Shown: positions 48,946 through 61,842 of the stretch, one piece after another | Position numbering within the stretch: position 1 is the first letter of the stretch | How the letters are laid out: every line of letters begins with the position of its first letter | From: Pseudomonadota bacterium | Lineage (GTDB): Bacteria > Desulfobacterota > Desulfarculia > Desulfarculales > Desulfarculaceae | NCBI GenBank assembly: GCA_018902755.1 | Contig: JAHIQI010000066.1 | Coordinates: 17,417-81,416 of the forward strand | DNA length: 64,000 nucleotides | Reading direction: 5' to 3' | The notes under the pieces: generated by a model | What the model saw: only the letters and a program-made list of their open reading frames with translations | Databases searched by the model: none | Told to the model about the DNA's origin: nothing | Position numbers and translations under genes: made by a program

Positions 48946-49956
48946 TTAGTAGTGTTCCGGCTTGGGCTCGCGGGTCATCAGCTCGTGCAGGGCGTCCTCC
49001 GGATGGGTGCCCCGATAGATGACCCCTTCCACCGCCTCGATGATGGGCATCTCCACGCCCTTGCGCTGGGCCAGGGACAGGATGGTCCTGGTGTTTTTCA
49101 CCCCCTCGGCCACTTGGCGCATGGAGGAGGTGATCTCCTCTATGGTCTCGCCCTTGGCCAGGCGGGTGCCCACGGTGCGGTTGCGGCTCAGCGAGCCGGT
49201 GCAGGTGAGCACCAGGTCACCCAGACCGGCCAGACCGGCCAGGGTGGCCAGGTCCGCCCCCAGGCTGAGCCCCAGACGGGTCATCTCGGCCAGGCCCCGG
49301 GTGATCATGGCGCTCATGGCGTTGTGGCCCAGCTCCAGGCCCGCCACCATGCCCGCGGCGATGGCCAGGGGGTTCTTGACCGCCCCGCCCAACTCCACGC
49401 CGATGATGTCGCTGCTGGTATAGACCCTGAAGCGCGGCCCGGCAAAGGCGGCCTGCACCGCCTGGGCCACCTCGGGGCGCCCGCTGGCCACGGTCACCGC
49501 GGTGGGGGCGCCGCCCGCCACCTCCTTGGCGAAGCTGGGACCGGACAGGGCGGCCAGATGGGCCTGGTGCTCCGGGGCCAGCACGTCGGCGGCCACCTGG
49601 CACATGGTGAAGCCGGTCTCGCCCTCGATGCCCTTGGAGCAGGCCACGATGTCGGCCTGGGCGGGCAGGTGGGGAGCGGCCTGGCCCAGCACGGCCCGGA
49701 AGACGTGGGTGGGCATCACCAGCACCACCAGCCCGGCCCCGGTGAGGGCCTGGGCCATGTCGCTGGCGCCCTTCAGCTCCGGGTGCAGCTTGAAGCCCGG
49801 CAGAAACACCGGGTTGGCGTGCTCCTCGTTTATGGCTTGGGCCACCTCGGGCTCGTAGGCCCACAGGCGCACCTCGTGGCCCGCGCGGGCCAGGTGATCG
49901 GCCAAGGCCGTGCCCCAGGCGCCCGCCCCCACCACCGTCACCTTCAGCTTAGGCAT
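48946..49956 (-). CDS. gpsA: NAD(P)H-dependent glycerol-3-phosphate dehydrogenase
   Basis: [22 protein letters not shown] Rossmann motif; [12 protein letters not shown]; SRNRTVG. Confidence 0.95.
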   Translation of the reverse strand: MPKLKVTVVGAGAWGTALADHLARAGHEVRLWAYEPEVAQAINEEHANPVFLPGFKLHPELKGASDMAQALTGAGLVVLVMPTHVFRAVLGQAAPHLPAQADIVACSKGIEGETGFTMCQVAADVLAPEHQAHLAALSGPSFAKEVAGGAPTAVTVASGRPEVAQAVQAAFAGPRFRVYTSSDIIGVELGGAVKNPLAIAAGMVAGLELGHNAMSAMITRGLAEMTRLGLSLGADLATLAGLAGLGDLVLTCTGSLSRNRTVGTRLAKGETIEEITSSMRQVAEGVKNTRTILSLAQRKGVEMPIIEAVEGVIYRGTHPEDALHELMTREPKPEHY

Positions 49957-52459
49957 CTTCCTCTCCGTTTAGGGGCGCGGCGGCCGGGGCCTCGTCGTCC
50001 TCGCCTTGGTCCAGGCCGCTGTCAGGATCGTCGTCGGCCTCGGCCAGGCGGGCCAGGGCCACCAGGCGCTCGCTGGGCTCCAGGCCGATGAGCTTGACTC
50101 CCTGGGTGTTGCGGCCCAACACGTTGATGCCGCCCACCTTCATGCGGATGATCTTGCCCTGGTCGGAGATGAGCATCATCTCGTGTTCGTCGTCCACCAC
50201 CACCGCGCCCACCACCGGGCCGTTGCGCTCGGAGGTCTTGATGGTGATGACCCCCTTGCCGCCCCGGTTTTGCAGCGGGTACTCGTCCAGACGGGTGCGC
50301 TTGCCGAAGCCGTGGCTGGTCACGGTGAGCACCGTGGGGGTGCCGGCCACCGCCTCCATGGCCACCACCATGTCGTCGTCGATCAGCTCGATGCCCTTGA
50401 CCCCGGCGGCGACGCGGCCCATGGAGCGCACGTTCTCCTCGTCGAAGCGGATGGCCTTGCCCTGGCGGGTGGCCAAGAAGACCTCCATGTCGCCGTCGGT
50501 GAGCCGGGCGGAGACCAGGCGGTCGCCCTCGGCCAGGTTGATGGCGATGATGCCTCCGGCGCGGGGGCGGCTGAAGGCCATGAGGTCGGTCTTCTTCACG
50601 GTGCCCCCGGAAGTGGCCATGAGCACGTGGCGGCCTTCGCTGAACTCCTTGACCGCCAGCACCGTGGTCACCTTCTCGCCGCCCTCGGTGTTCACCAGGT
50701 TGACGATGGCCTTGCCCTTGGAGGCCCGGCCCGCCTGGGGCAGCTCGTGCACCTTGAGCCAGAATAGGCGGCCGGTGTCGGTGAAGATGAGCAGGTAGTG
50801 GTGGGTGGAGGCCACGAAGAGCTTCTCCACGAAGTCCTCGTCCTTGGTGCCCATGCCCTTCTTGCCCTTGCCGCCCCGGTGCTGGGACCGGTAGAGACTG
50901 GCCGGGGTGCGCTTTATGTAGCCGGTGTGGCTAAGCGTCACCACCATGTCCTCTTCGGCGATCATGTCCTCCAGGTCGATCTCGCTGCTCTTGGCCACGA
51001 TCTCGGTGCGCCTGGCGTCGCCGAAGTCGCGGTTGAGCTCCAGGGTCTCCTCCCGGATGATCTGGCGCACCAACTGCTCGGAAGCCAGGATGGCCTTGAG
51101 GCGGGCGATCTCCTTGATGACCTCGCGGTACTCGGCCAGGATCTTGTCGCGCTCCAGGCCGGTGAGCCGCTGCAGGCGCATGTCCAAGATGGCCTGGGCC
51201 TGGATGTCGCTCAGCGACAGGCGCGACATCAAAAGCTCCTTGGCCTCGGCCGGGTTGGCCGAACCGCGGATCATCTTGATGACCTGGTCCAGGTTGTCCA
51301 GGGCGATCTTGAGGCCTTCCAGGATGTGGGCCCTGGCCTCGGCCTTGGCCAGCTCGAACTTGGTGCGCCGGATGATGATCTCCCGGCGGTGCTCGATGAA
51401 GTGGCCCAGGACCTGCTTGAGGTTGAGCACCTCGGGGCGGTTGTTGACGATGGCCAACATGTTGATGCCGAAGGTGCTCTGCATGGCGGTGAACTTGAAA
51501 AGCTGGTTCATCACCACCTGGGGGATGGCGTCGCGCTTGAGCTCCAGGACCATGCGCATTCCGTCGCGGTCGGACTCGTCGCGGATGTCGCTGATGCCCT
51601 CGAGCTTCTTGTCCTTCACCAGGTCGGCGATGCGCTCCAGCAGGCGGGCCTTGTTCACCTGGTAGGGCAGCTCGCTGACCACGATGGTGTTCTTCTTGGT
51701 GCGGGCGTTGGTCTCCACGCTGGCCCGGGCCCGCATGTAGATGACCCCCCGGCCGGTCTCGTAGGCCTCCTTGATGCCCGCGCGGCCGTAGATGAAGCCC
51801 CGGGTGGGGAAGTCCGGGCCGGGAACGTGCTTCATCAACTCCTTGATGGTGATGTCGGGATCGTCGATGAGGGCCACCACCGCGCCCACCACCTCGCTGA
51901 GGTTGTGGGGGGGTATGTTGGTGGCCATGCCCACGGCGATGCCGCTGGAGCCGTTGACCAGCAGGTTGGGCACCCGGGTGGGCAGCACGGCGGGCTCGAG
52001 CATGGAGCCGTCGTAGTTGTCCACGAACTCGACGGTGTCCTTGTCGATGTCACCCAGGAACTCGCCGGTCAGCTTGGCCATGCGAACCTCGGTGTAACGC
52101 ATGGCCGCCGCGGAGTCGCCGTCCACCGAGCCGAAGTTGCCCTGGCCGTCCACCAGGGTGTAGCGCATGGCGAAATCCTGGGCCATGCGCACCAGGGCGT
52201 CGTAGACCGCGCTGTCGCCGTGGGGGTGGTACTTACCGATGACGTCGCCCACCACGCGGGCCGACTTCTTGTAGGCGCGGTTGTGATAATTCTTGAGATC
52301 GTGCATGGCGAAGAGGATGCGCCGGTGCACCGGCTTCAGGCCGTCGCGCACCTCGGGCAGGGCCCGTCCGATGATCACGCTCATGGCGTAATCCAGATAG
52401 GAGCGTCTGATCTCCTCCTCGATGAGCACTTCTTGCTTACGGGCGTCAGTTGGGAGCAT
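49949..52459 (-). CDS. gyrA: DNA gyrase subunit A
   Basis: AAAMRYTE active-site Tyr region, QRRILFAM-like [10 protein letters not shown], GyrA-box and beta-pinwheel CTD, acidic tail. 8-nt overlap with gpsA. Confidence 0.98.
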   Translation of the reverse strand: MLPTDARKQEVLIEEEIRRSYLDYAMSVIIGRALPEVRDGLKPVHRRILFAMHDLKNYHNRAYKKSARVVGDVIGKYHPHGDSAVYDALVRMAQDFAMRYTLVDGQGNFGSVDGDSAAAMRYTEVRMAKLTGEFLGDIDKDTVEFVDNYDGSMLEPAVLPTRVPNLLVNGSSGIAVGMATNIPPHNLSEVVGAVVALIDDPDITIKELMKHVPGPDFPTRGFIYGRAGIKEAYETGRGVIYMRARASVETNARTKKNTIVVSELPYQVNKARLLERIADLVKDKKLEGISDIRDESDRDGMRMVLELKRDAIPQVVMNQLFKFTAMQSTFGINMLAIVNNRPEVLNLKQVLGHFIEHRREIIIRRTKFELAKAEARAHILEGLKIALDNLDQVIKMIRGSANPAEAKELLMSRLSLSDIQAQAILDMRLQRLTGLERDKILAEYREVIKEIARLKAILASEQLVRQIIREETLELNRDFGDARRTEIVAKSSEIDLEDMIAEEDMVVTLSHTGYIKRTPASLYRSQHRGGKGKKGMGTKDEDFVEKLFVASTHHYLLIFTDTGRLFWLKVHELPQAGRASKGKAIVNLVNTEGGEKVTTVLAVKEFSEGRHVLMATSGGTVKKTDLMAFSRPRAGGIIAINLAEGDRLVSARLTDGDMEVFLATRQGKAIRFDEENVRSMGRVAAGVKGIELIDDDMVVAMEAVAGTPTVLTVTSHGFGKRTRLDEYPLQNRGGKGVITIKTSERNGPVVGAVVVDDEHEMMLISDQGKIIRMKVGGINVLGRNTQGVKLIGLEPSERLVALARLAEADDDPDSGLDQGEDDEAPAAAPLNGEEDA

Positions 52460-52610
52460 TTACTTTAACCTTTAGCGCTTGCCGCCCTGGGGTGGGCCGA
52501 AACTGGCCCTCCGTGGCGGCTGAAGCAAATTCACTGGCGATGCGGCCGGGGGGCGCGGCCGGAAAAACCCCAGCGCCCCGTCCCTTCGGCAACCTTTCGC
52601 CGACTGGGCA

Positions 52611-52639
52611 ATTATAGCAACAACTGCGCGGATTAGCAA
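52611..52639 (-). promoter_or_regulatory. putative sigma70 promoter of gyrA
   Basis: Minus strand reads TTGCTA-17 nt-TATAAT (perfect -10), about 150 nt upstream of the gyrA ATG. Confidence 0.5.
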
Positions 52640-52798
52640 ACAAAATCCCCCCAGAGACCCCCTCGCAGGGGCCTGTTTTAGCAGGCCTTTTCCCAGGCCG
52701 CCGACCCCGGCCTCCCCAGGGGCCGCGCGGCTTGTGCGGCGCGGGCCGGCGTGCTAGCCTGAGACAGTTGTTTTTGGCGATAACCAGGAGGGCCGGCC

Positions 52799-53587
52799 AT
52801 GACTGGGCGGTTGAGGGCGGGTCGTTGGGTTGCGTTGTTGGGGGCCGTCTGGGCCGCGGCGGCGCTCATGGCCTTCGGCTGCACTTCCGAGGCCGACCAA
52901 GGCCCCACCAAGAGCCAAACCACCACCACCCTGGCCGCGCCACCCGCCCCCAAAGCCGACATGCCCGACAAGCCCAATCCGGCGGACCCAGCCCAGCCCC
53001 CGGCCGGGCCCCAGCCCGCCACGGACAGCGGCCCCGGCTCCCTGCTGGAGCAGGCCCGCCAATCTTTGGCCCAGGGCCGGGAGCGCCAAGCCCTGGGGCA
53101 GATCGACCAGGCCGCCCGGGCCCTGTGGCGGCGGCTGCCCCTGGAGCTCTCCCAGGCCATCCTGGTGGCCGAACCGGCCAAGGGCTACGGCATCTACCAG
53201 CCGCGCCAGGACAATGTCTATCTGATCGCCAGCCCGGAGCGCCCGGTTTTCCCCGGCAAGGGCCAGCCCATGTACATCTACCTGGAGCCGCGCAACTACG
53301 GGATCAAGTCCCTGGCCGAGGGTCGCTGGGAGATATCCTTCGCCATGGACGTGGAGCTGTTCGACAATCAGGGAAAACGCCTGTTCAGCAAAAAGGACTT
53401 CATGCGGGTGCAGAGCGTGTCGCGCCATTTCAACCGCGAGTTTTTCCTGAACGTCACCGTGAACCTGAAAGGAGCCCCCACCGGGGCCTACGAGCTGCGC
53501 CTCACCCTCAAGGACCTGGTGAAGGGCCAGCAGGCCGTGGCCACCCTGCCGGTGAAGCTGGCCATGGCCCCCCTGGAGAAGAAATAG
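52799..53587 (+). CDS. lipoprotein, hypothetical (262 aa)
   Basis: Lipobox-like LMAFGC after a hydrophobic leader; Pro/Ala-rich linker, then a globular domain. No family recognised. Confidence 0.6.
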   Translation: MTGRLRAGRWVALLGAVWAAAALMAFGCTSEADQGPTKSQTTTTLAAPPAPKADMPDKPNPADPAQPPAGPQPATDSGPGSLLEQARQSLAQGRERQALGQIDQAARALWRRLPLELSQAILVAEPAKGYGIYQPRQDNVYLIASPERPVFPGKGQPMYIYLEPRNYGIKSLAEGRWEISFAMDVELFDNQGKRLFSKKDFMRVQSVSRHFNREFFLNVTVNLKGAPTGAYELRLTLKDLVKGQQAVATLPVKLAMAPLEKK

Positions 53588-53673
53588 CCGCGCCAAGGGG
53601 GGTTCACCCAGGCGGCGGTCTTTTATTCAAGTAATTACATTAGATGACTACGGGCTAGGGGGAAGGAGCCGCC

Positions 53674-54618
53674 ATGTCAGGAAAATTTTCAGGATACCTC
53701 CGCTGGAAGCACGATCACATTGACGCCCTGAACGCCGGGTCCCAGGTGATCGACACGGCCAAGGGGCCGGTGGAATACGCCTTGGTGGGGGACCAGGGGC
53801 CGGTGCTGGCGGTGAACCACGGCGGGCCGGGGGGCTACGATCAAGGGCTGGTGATAACCCGTCGCCTGCAAAACCAAGGATACAAGATACTTACCTGGTC
53901 CCGCCCCGGATACCTGCGCACCCCCATCACCACCGGCCAAACCCTGGAGCAGCAGGCCGACGTGCTGGCCGCGCTCATGGACGCCTTGGGCATAGAAAAG
54001 GCCGCGGTGATGGGCGCTTCCGCCGGCGGGCCGGTGACCCTGGCCATGGGCTACACCCATCCCGAGAAGGTGGCCTGCCTCATCAGCGAGTGCGGGGTGA
54101 GCCTTACTTACGGTAAACAGTTTAAGACCAGCCAGAAGCTGTTCGAACACCTGATGTTCAACGACCCGGTCATGTGGCTCTACGAGCAGTACGAGCACCT
54201 GGCCCCGGAAAGCACCCTGCGCAGCTTCATAAAGCTGGAGAGCACCCTGGACAAGGAGCACGTGGAGGCCCTGGTCAAAAGCATCGAGGCCGACCCCGAG
54301 CGCGTGGGCCTGATGCTGGACATGATCGGCACCATGTGCCCCATCAGCCTCCGGCGCGAGGGCATGGACAACGACCTGGCCCAGCTGGCGGCCATCGACA
54401 CCCTGCCGGTGGAGAAGATCAGCGCACCGCTGCTTCTGGTGCACGGCGACCACGACGCCGACGTGCCCATCGCCCACGCCCGCTACGTGGCCGAACATGC
54501 GCCCCACGCCGAGCTGATGGTCATAGAAAACGGCTACCACTTGCTGGGCATGAGCGACCAGGCCCCGCAGATCGCCGAACGGGAGCTGAGCTTCCTGCAT
54601 ACTCACTTGAAAGCATAA
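53674..54618 (+). CDS. alpha/beta hydrolase fold protein
   Basis: Nucleophile elbow GASAGG; HGDHD and a late His, typical of the fold. Confidence 0.8.
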   Translation: MSGKFSGYLRWKHDHIDALNAGSQVIDTAKGPVEYALVGDQGPVLAVNHGGPGGYDQGLVITRRLQNQGYKILTWSRPGYLRTPITTGQTLEQQADVLAALMDALGIEKAAVMGASAGGPVTLAMGYTHPEKVACLISECGVSLTYGKQFKTSQKLFEHLMFNDPVMWLYEQYEHLAPESTLRSFIKLESTLDKEHVEALVKSIEADPERVGLMLDMIGTMCPISLRREGMDNDLAQLAAIDTLPVEKISAPLLLVHGDHDADVPIAHARYVAEHAPHAELMVIENGYHLLGMSDQAPQIAERELSFLHTHLKA

Positions 54619-54632
54619 CGATCGGAAACCAC

Positions 54633-55436
54633 ATGCCCTTTTTGAAGTTGGACGGCTACCGCCTGTATTACGAGACCCACGGCCAGGGCTTTCCCCTGGT
54701 GCTGATCCGGGGCCTGGGCTCCAACATGGAGCACTGGTACGAGCAGATCCCGGCCTTCAGCCGCCAGTACCGGGTCATCACCTTCAACAACCGGGGCATC
54801 GGCACCTCCAGCGCCCCGCCCTTGCCCTGGAGCATCAAGGAGATGGCCGGGGACGTGGCCGCCCTCATCCAGGCCGTGGCCGGGGGCCGTGCCCACGTGC
54901 TGGGCATCTCCATGGGCGGCATGATCGCCCAGGAACTGGCCCTGGGCTGGCCGGAGCGGGTGGCCTCCCTGGTGCTCACCGCCACCCACTGCGGCGGGGC
55001 CCACAAGGTGATGCCCACCACCGAGACCCTGGAGCTGTTCGACAAGTTGGTGAACGGCACCACCTTCGCCGAGCAGATGGAAGGGCGCAAGGCCCTGTTC
55101 TCCCAGGAGACTTTGGACAACCGCCCCGACGTGCTGGAGCGCTACGCCCAGGTGGCCGCGGCCTACGCCTGCCCGCCGGAGGTTATGCATGGCCAGTGGC
55201 AGGCCATCCAGGAGTTCGGCACCTTCGAGCGCCTGCCGGGGATCAAAGCCCCCACCCTGGTGCTGGCCGGAGCCGACGACCGTCTGGTGCCCCAGGGCAA
55301 CGCCGAGCTTTTGGCCGAGCGCATCCCCGGCGCCAAGCTTGCCTTGATCCCCCAGGCGGGCCACCAGCTGGTGATCGAAGCGCCCCAGGCCACCAACGCC
55401 GCGGTGCTGGAATTCTTGGCCTCCCAGCCCGTCTGA
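54633..55436 (+). CDS. alpha/beta hydrolase fold protein (second, 267 aa)
   Basis: MPFLKLDGYRLYYETHGQGFPLVLIRGLG; GISMGG nucleophile elbow; AGHQLVIE. Start set at ATG 54633 inside an over-long track ORF. Confidence 0.85.
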   Translation: MPFLKLDGYRLYYETHGQGFPLVLIRGLGSNMEHWYEQIPAFSRQYRVITFNNRGIGTSSAPPLPWSIKEMAGDVAALIQAVAGGRAHVLGISMGGMIAQELALGWPERVASLVLTATHCGGAHKVMPTTETLELFDKLVNGTTFAEQMEGRKALFSQETLDNRPDVLERYAQVAAAYACPPEVMHGQWQAIQEFGTFERLPGIKAPTLVLAGADDRLVPQGNAELLAERIPGAKLALIPQAGHQLVIEAPQATNAAVLEFLASQPV

Positions 55437-55504
55437 GCGCCCGCCACCGCGTGGCCTTTGGCGGCCCCAAAGGTGCACTGACCCCACATGAAGCGCTTGC
55501 TTTA

Positions 55505-55543
55505 AGCCGCCCCGGCCCCACCCTCGGTGCCGGGGCGGCTTTG
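55505..55543 (+). terminator. possible terminator after hydrolase genes
   Basis: 11-bp stem AGCCGCCCCGG/CCGGGGCGGCT followed by TTTG; weak T-tract. Confidence 0.4.
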
Positions 55544-55601
55544 CCTCATGATTACCAGGGGTTGCGAAGAGGTTTTTTCGGGGCGAAATATCAAAAAAAT
55601 G

Positions 55602-55629
55602 TTGCAAATTTCGTAGTTTAGGTCATAAT
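55602..55629 (+). promoter_or_regulatory. putative sigma70 promoter of gyrB
   Basis: TTGCAA-16 nt-CATAAT in an AT-rich patch, 36 nt upstream of the gyrB ATG. Confidence 0.45.
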
Positions 55630-55631
55630 AG

Positions 55632-58079
<2,448 letters not shown>

Positions 58080-58108
58080 CCGCCACCCGCTAAAGCAAGC
58101 ATAAGAAG

Positions 58109-58143
58109 ACCCCGCGCCATTGCCGGCGCGGGGTTTTTATTTG
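58109..58143 (+). terminator. intrinsic terminator after gyrB
   Basis: 10-bp stem ACCCCGCGCC/GGCGCGGGGT followed by TTTTTATTT. Confidence 0.85.
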
Positions 58144-58198
58144 GGGGAGAGTAAGGCGCTGGACCGCGTGGCTTGGCCGTTGCGCCGCCGCAGCCTGG

Positions 58199-58241
58199 CA
58201 TCGTGTAGGTTGGGTAGAGGGCGCAGCCCGAAACCCAACAA
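58199..58241 (-). repeat. family-A repeat, variant copy A7 (inverted)
   Basis: Reverse complement is TTGTTGGGTTTCGGGCTGCGCCCTCTACCCAACCTACACGATG; long-loop subtype. Confidence 0.85.
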
Positions 58242-58275
58242 TTCCCTAGCTGGTCGCGCCCCCGTGAAAAGATGA

Positions 58276-58315
58276 TTGTTGGGTTTCGCTTCGCTCTACC
58301 CAACCTACGCTATCG
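58276..58315 (+). repeat. family-A repeat, copy A8
   Basis: TTGTTGGGTTTCGCTTCGCTCTACCCAACCTACGCTATCG, 34 nt from A7 in inverted orientation. Confidence 0.9.
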
Positions 58316-58345
58316 CTGTAAGCCGGGTGGCCCCGAAACCGTGCT

Positions 58346-58470
58346 CCAACAATAGCTCCCGTCATTGCGAGGACGGGCAGAGGCTGGGGTACGGCGGAAC
58401 AGGGCCGCCCCTCCTGCCCGGCCGTGGCAATCTTCCGCTTCCCTGGTCATGCCTGGGTTCACCAGACACG
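58346..58470 (+). repeat. family-C long-hairpin repeat, copy C1
   Basis: TCCAACAATAGCT...GTCATTGCGAGGACGGGCAG-[loop]-CTGCCCGGCCGTGGCAATCTTC...TCATGCCTGGGTTCACCAGACA, shared with copy C2. Confidence 0.8.
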
Positions 58471-58494
58471 GCCCAGCCACCCGCCGCGCCCGCG

Positions 58495-59238
58495 CTAGAA
58501 ATACCTAAAGCTGCTGATCGCGCCGCCGTCTATCACCAAGGTGGTGCCGTTGATAAAGCTGGCCTCTTCCGTGGCCAGGTACACCGCCGCCGCGGCGACG
58601 TCGCCCGGCTCGCCCAAGCGGCCCTGGGGAGTTTTGGAAACGTATTCCTTTTCCAGCTCCGGCCGGATCATGGGGGTCTTGATCACCCCGGGGCAGATGG
58701 CGTTTATGTTGATGTTGTGCGGGGCCAACTCCATGCTCAACTCGCGGGTGAGGTTGACCACCCCGGCCTTGGAAGCGCTGTAGGAGGGGTAGGCGTAGCC
58801 GACCATCCCGGCGATGGACCCCATGTTTATGATCTTGCCGTATTTTTGTTCGATCATGGTGGGCGCGACCGCCTTGATGCAATAAAACACGCCCGACAGG
58901 TTGATGTCGATCACCCGCTTCCAGTCATCCACGCTGTGCTCCAGCAAGGATTTCCTGACCAACACACCCGCGATATTGGCCTGGATGTCTATGCGGCCAA
59001 ACGCCTCCAAGGCGGCCGCGATCATTTGGGCGACCTGATCCGGATCTGACGTGTCGACTTTCAAGGCCTTTGCCCTGCCGCCGTCCCGCCCGATGGCGCC
59101 GAGGGTCCCTTGCAAACCTTCCTCGTTTATATCGGCCAGGAAAACCTTGGCCCCCTCATGGGCGTAGGCCATCGCCACCGCTTTCCCCAACCCCGACGCG
59201 GCTCCGCTGACCACCGCCACCTTGTCCTGCAAACGCAT
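58495..59238 (-). CDS. SDR-family oxidoreductase (FabG-like)
   Basis: VSGAASGLGKAVA (TGxxxGxG) and the YSASKAG catalytic motif. Confidence 0.9.
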   Translation of the reverse strand: MRLQDKVAVVSGAASGLGKAVAMAYAHEGAKVFLADINEEGLQGTLGAIGRDGGRAKALKVDTSDPDQVAQMIAAALEAFGRIDIQANIAGVLVRKSLLEHSVDDWKRVIDINLSGVFYCIKAVAPTMIEQKYGKIINMGSIAGMVGYAYPSYSASKAGVVNLTRELSMELAPHNININAICPGVIKTPMIRPELEKEYVSKTPQGRLGEPGDVAAAAVYLATEEASFINGTTLVIDGGAISSFRYF

Positions 59239-59479
59239 TTTTTGTTCTCCTAACTTTCGATCTTTATTGAATTAATCACCTCTTCCAAACTCGAGCATGG
59301 TAAACCATCGTAATCTACCCGGTCAACGCCGGGCCTCTCTCTTGCCCTGGTTATGCCTGATCAATCAAAACCGCGCCCATCTCCCTCGCCTCGCCGCCGC
59401 GCCTTTCTTTATCATTCCCGCATGGCTATGCTACATTAACCCAGACCTCGCAAGACCAACCCCCCAGGGAGGCCGTACC

Positions 59480-60916
59480 ATGCCCCGTAAAGCCATCGCC
59501 ATCGCCGCGCTGCTTCTGGCCGCCATGTTCATCTGCGCCCCGGCCTCCCAGGCCGCCGCGCCCAACTACCCCGAGGTGGTGTTCATCCTGGACGCCTCGG
59601 GCAGCATGTGGGGCCAGGCGGGCGGCAAGGCCAAGATCGCCATCGCCAAGGAGGTCATGGCCCAGGCGGTGCCGGGCCTGCCCGCCGAGGTGCGTTTGGG
59701 CCTGGTGGCTTACGGCCACCGCAAAAAGGGCGACTGCGCCGATGTCGAGGTCCTGGTGGCCCCCGGCTCCAGCGACCGGGCGGGCCTGCTAAAGAAGGTC
59801 CAGGCCCTGAGCCCCAAGGGCAAGACGCCTATCGCCGGGTCGCTCAAGCAGACCGCCGAGATGCTCAAGTCCAAGGAGAACGAGACCACCATCGTGCTGG
59901 TCAGCGACGGCATGGAGACCTGCGACGCCGATCCCTGCGGGGTGGTCAAGGCCCTCAAGGCCAGCGGAATAAAGTTCGTCTTGCACGTGGTGGGCTTCGA
60001 CGTGGACGCCAAGGGCAAGGAGCAACTCACATGCCTGGCCCAGGCAGGCGGGGGCAAGTACTTCAGCGCCGGGGACGCGGCCGGGCTGTTGGCCGCCCTG
60101 GATGCGGTGAAAAAGGAAGTGGCGGTCAAGGTGGAAGCGGCCAAGACCACTACCACCAAGGCCAAGAGCCGCCTGGGCAAGCTGAAGATGAGCCTACCCG
60201 CCGACTCTCTCAAAAGCCTGGGCGGGTTCCGCATCATCCGCCTGAAGGACAACAAGGTGCTCAAGGAGGCCAAGACGGTGGAGGGCGAGCATCCCCTGTT
60301 GGCCGGCAAATATAAGGTGGTGCTTCTGTTCGCCCAGCCCAACTACCGCAAGCCCGACGAGGCGGTGCTGGGCGAGTACGAGATCACCGGCGGCGAGGTC
60401 ACCGAGGTGGCCCTGGGCGCGGTGGCCATCAACATAGCCAAGGAGCTGACCCAGGCGGTGGGGGGCGTGAGCCTGGTGAACCAGGAAAGCGGCAAGCCCT
60501 TCGTCACCCACGTGAGCCCGGACAACGACTACTATCTCTTCAAGACCCGCCCGGTGCCGCCGGGCACCTACGCCCTGCGCCTGCACTACAGCCTCAGCCC
60601 CGAGCCCACGGTGGTGGCCAAGGACCTCAAGGTGAGCGCCGGGCAGACCGCCACGGCCACGGTGGACAGCGGCATAGCCCTCAAGAAGGCCCCCGGGGTG
60701 ACCGCCTGGAATCTCCATCCCAACGGCCAGGACAAGCCCGTCCTCCAGGTGCGGCGCCGCTTTGACAACGACTTCCCCCTGTGGAAGGCCTTCGCCGTGC
60801 CGCCGGGAAGCTACGACCTATACGTGCTGCAAAAGGGCATGACCGAGCCCCTGCCGGTGGGCGAGGGCATCAAGGTGGAAAAAGGCAAGACCGTGGTCTT
60901 CGACGCCGGGTTGTAG
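59480..60916 (+). CDS. secreted von Willebrand factor A (VWA) domain protein with C-terminal beta-rich domains
   Basis: Signal peptide, MIDAS DASGSM, ...VLVSDGMETC. Start set at ATG 59480 (MPRKAIAIAALLLAAMF). Confidence 0.85.
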   Translation: MPRKAIAIAALLLAAMFICAPASQAAAPNYPEVVFILDASGSMWGQAGGKAKIAIAKEVMAQAVPGLPAEVRLGLVAYGHRKKGDCADVEVLVAPGSSDRAGLLKKVQALSPKGKTPIAGSLKQTAEMLKSKENETTIVLVSDGMETCDADPCGVVKALKASGIKFVLHVVGFDVDAKGKEQLTCLAQAGGGKYFSAGDAAGLLAALDAVKKEVAVKVEAAKTTTTKAKSRLGKLKMSLPADSLKSLGGFRIIRLKDNKVLKEAKTVEGEHPLLAGKYKVVLLFAQPNYRKPDEAVLGEYEITGGEVTEVALGAVAINIAKELTQAVGGVSLVNQESGKPFVTHVSPDNDYYLFKTRPVPPGTYALRLHYSLSPEPTVVAKDLKVSAGQTATATVDSGIALKKAPGVTAWNLHPNGQDKPVLQVRRRFDNDFPLWKAFAVPPGSYDLYVLQKGMTEPLPVGEGIKVEKGKTVVFDAGL

Positions 60917-60928
60917 GGGAGGGTGGTC

Positions 60929-61582
60929 ATGAAAAAGCTTGCCCTGATCCTGTTGGCCTTGGCCCTGTGCCTGGCTGTGGCCGCCCCGTCCCTGGCCGAG
61001 TCGCGTTGCCTTCGGGTGCAGCTGGACGGCACCATCAAGCTGCGGCCCAAAAACCCGGCCGCCACCCAGGGCCAGCCGGGCAACGCCATGACCTCTTGCC
61101 GCACCAACGCCAAGTTTCACATCGAGTTGATCTTCCCGGAAAAGGGCGGCCCGGCGGTCAGCCAGAAAAACTGGGTGGTGATCTCCGGCTTCGACTGCCC
61201 CCCCGATCAACCGGGGTCGCGCTGCCGCCAGGAGGCCCACGCCGACGCCTTTTATCCCCGGCCCTTTGTGTTGCAGGCCACCGCCACGCCTGACGGGGCC
61301 TTCAACTACACGGTGGAGTTCCGCCTGGCCCAGCTGCCGCCCATCAGCCCCTTGACCATCACCATCCAGTGCGAGGGCGCGCCCGCCGACGTCAGCGACT
61401 ACGGCTCCAACTACCGCCAGCTCATGCTGCCCTGGCACCTCAACAAAATGGTGCTGAACGCGGCGCTGAACAAGTCACGCCACCACCACCCGCCGGTGAT
61501 GGAACTGCCGCCGTTTCTCTTGGCCGACGTGGAGTGGGACGAGTTGGTCACTCTGGTGCCCTGCGAGAACTTCAAGTACTAG
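60929..61582 (+). CDS. secreted hypothetical protein (~217 aa), probably co-transcribed with the VWA gene
   Basis: Signal peptide MKKLALILLALALCLAVAAPSLA. Starts 13 nt after the VWA stop. No family recognised. Confidence 0.6.
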   Translation: MKKLALILLALALCLAVAAPSLAESRCLRVQLDGTIKLRPKNPAATQGQPGNAMTSCRTNAKFHIELIFPEKGGPAVSQKNWVVISGFDCPPDQPGSRCRQEAHADAFYPRPFVLQATATPDGAFNYTVEFRLAQLPPISPLTITIQCEGAPADVSDYGSNYRQLMLPWHLNKMVLNAALNKSRHHHPPVMELPPFLLADVEWDELVTLVPCENFKY

Positions 61583-61590
61583 GCAAATGG

Positions 61591-61629
61591 ATGTTGGGTT
61601 TCTGGCTTAGCCCTCTACCCAACCTACAC
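61591..61629 (+). repeat. family-A repeat, variant copy A9
   Basis: ATGTTGGGTTTCTGGCTTAGCCCTCTACCCAACCTACAC. Confidence 0.8.
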
Positions 61630-61669
61630 TTTTTTTCAATGGCCACGAAACCGGCTGTCATACAGAGAT

Positions 61670-61705
61670 GGCGTAGGTTGGGTAGAGCGAAGCGAAACCC
61701 AACAA
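61670..61705 (-). repeat. family-A repeat, copy A10 (inverted)
   Basis: GGCGTAGGTTGGGTAGAGCGAAGCGAAACCCAACAA. Confidence 0.9.
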
Positions 61706-61714
61706 TCCTTTATT

Positions 61715-61842
61715 TCCAACAATAGCTTTTTGTCATTGCGAGGCCGGGCAGTGGCCTGCGTAAGTCGGGACATGGGCGTCCCTTCTGCCCGGCCGTGGCA
61801 ATATTCTTTTTACCCCGTCATGCCTGGGTTCATGAGACATTG
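61715..61842 (+). repeat. family-C long-hairpin repeat, copy C2
   Basis: TCCAACAATAGCT...GTCATTGCGAGGCCGGGCAG-[loop]-CTGCCCGGCCGTGGCAATATTC...TCATGCCTGGGTTCATGAGACA. Confidence 0.8.
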
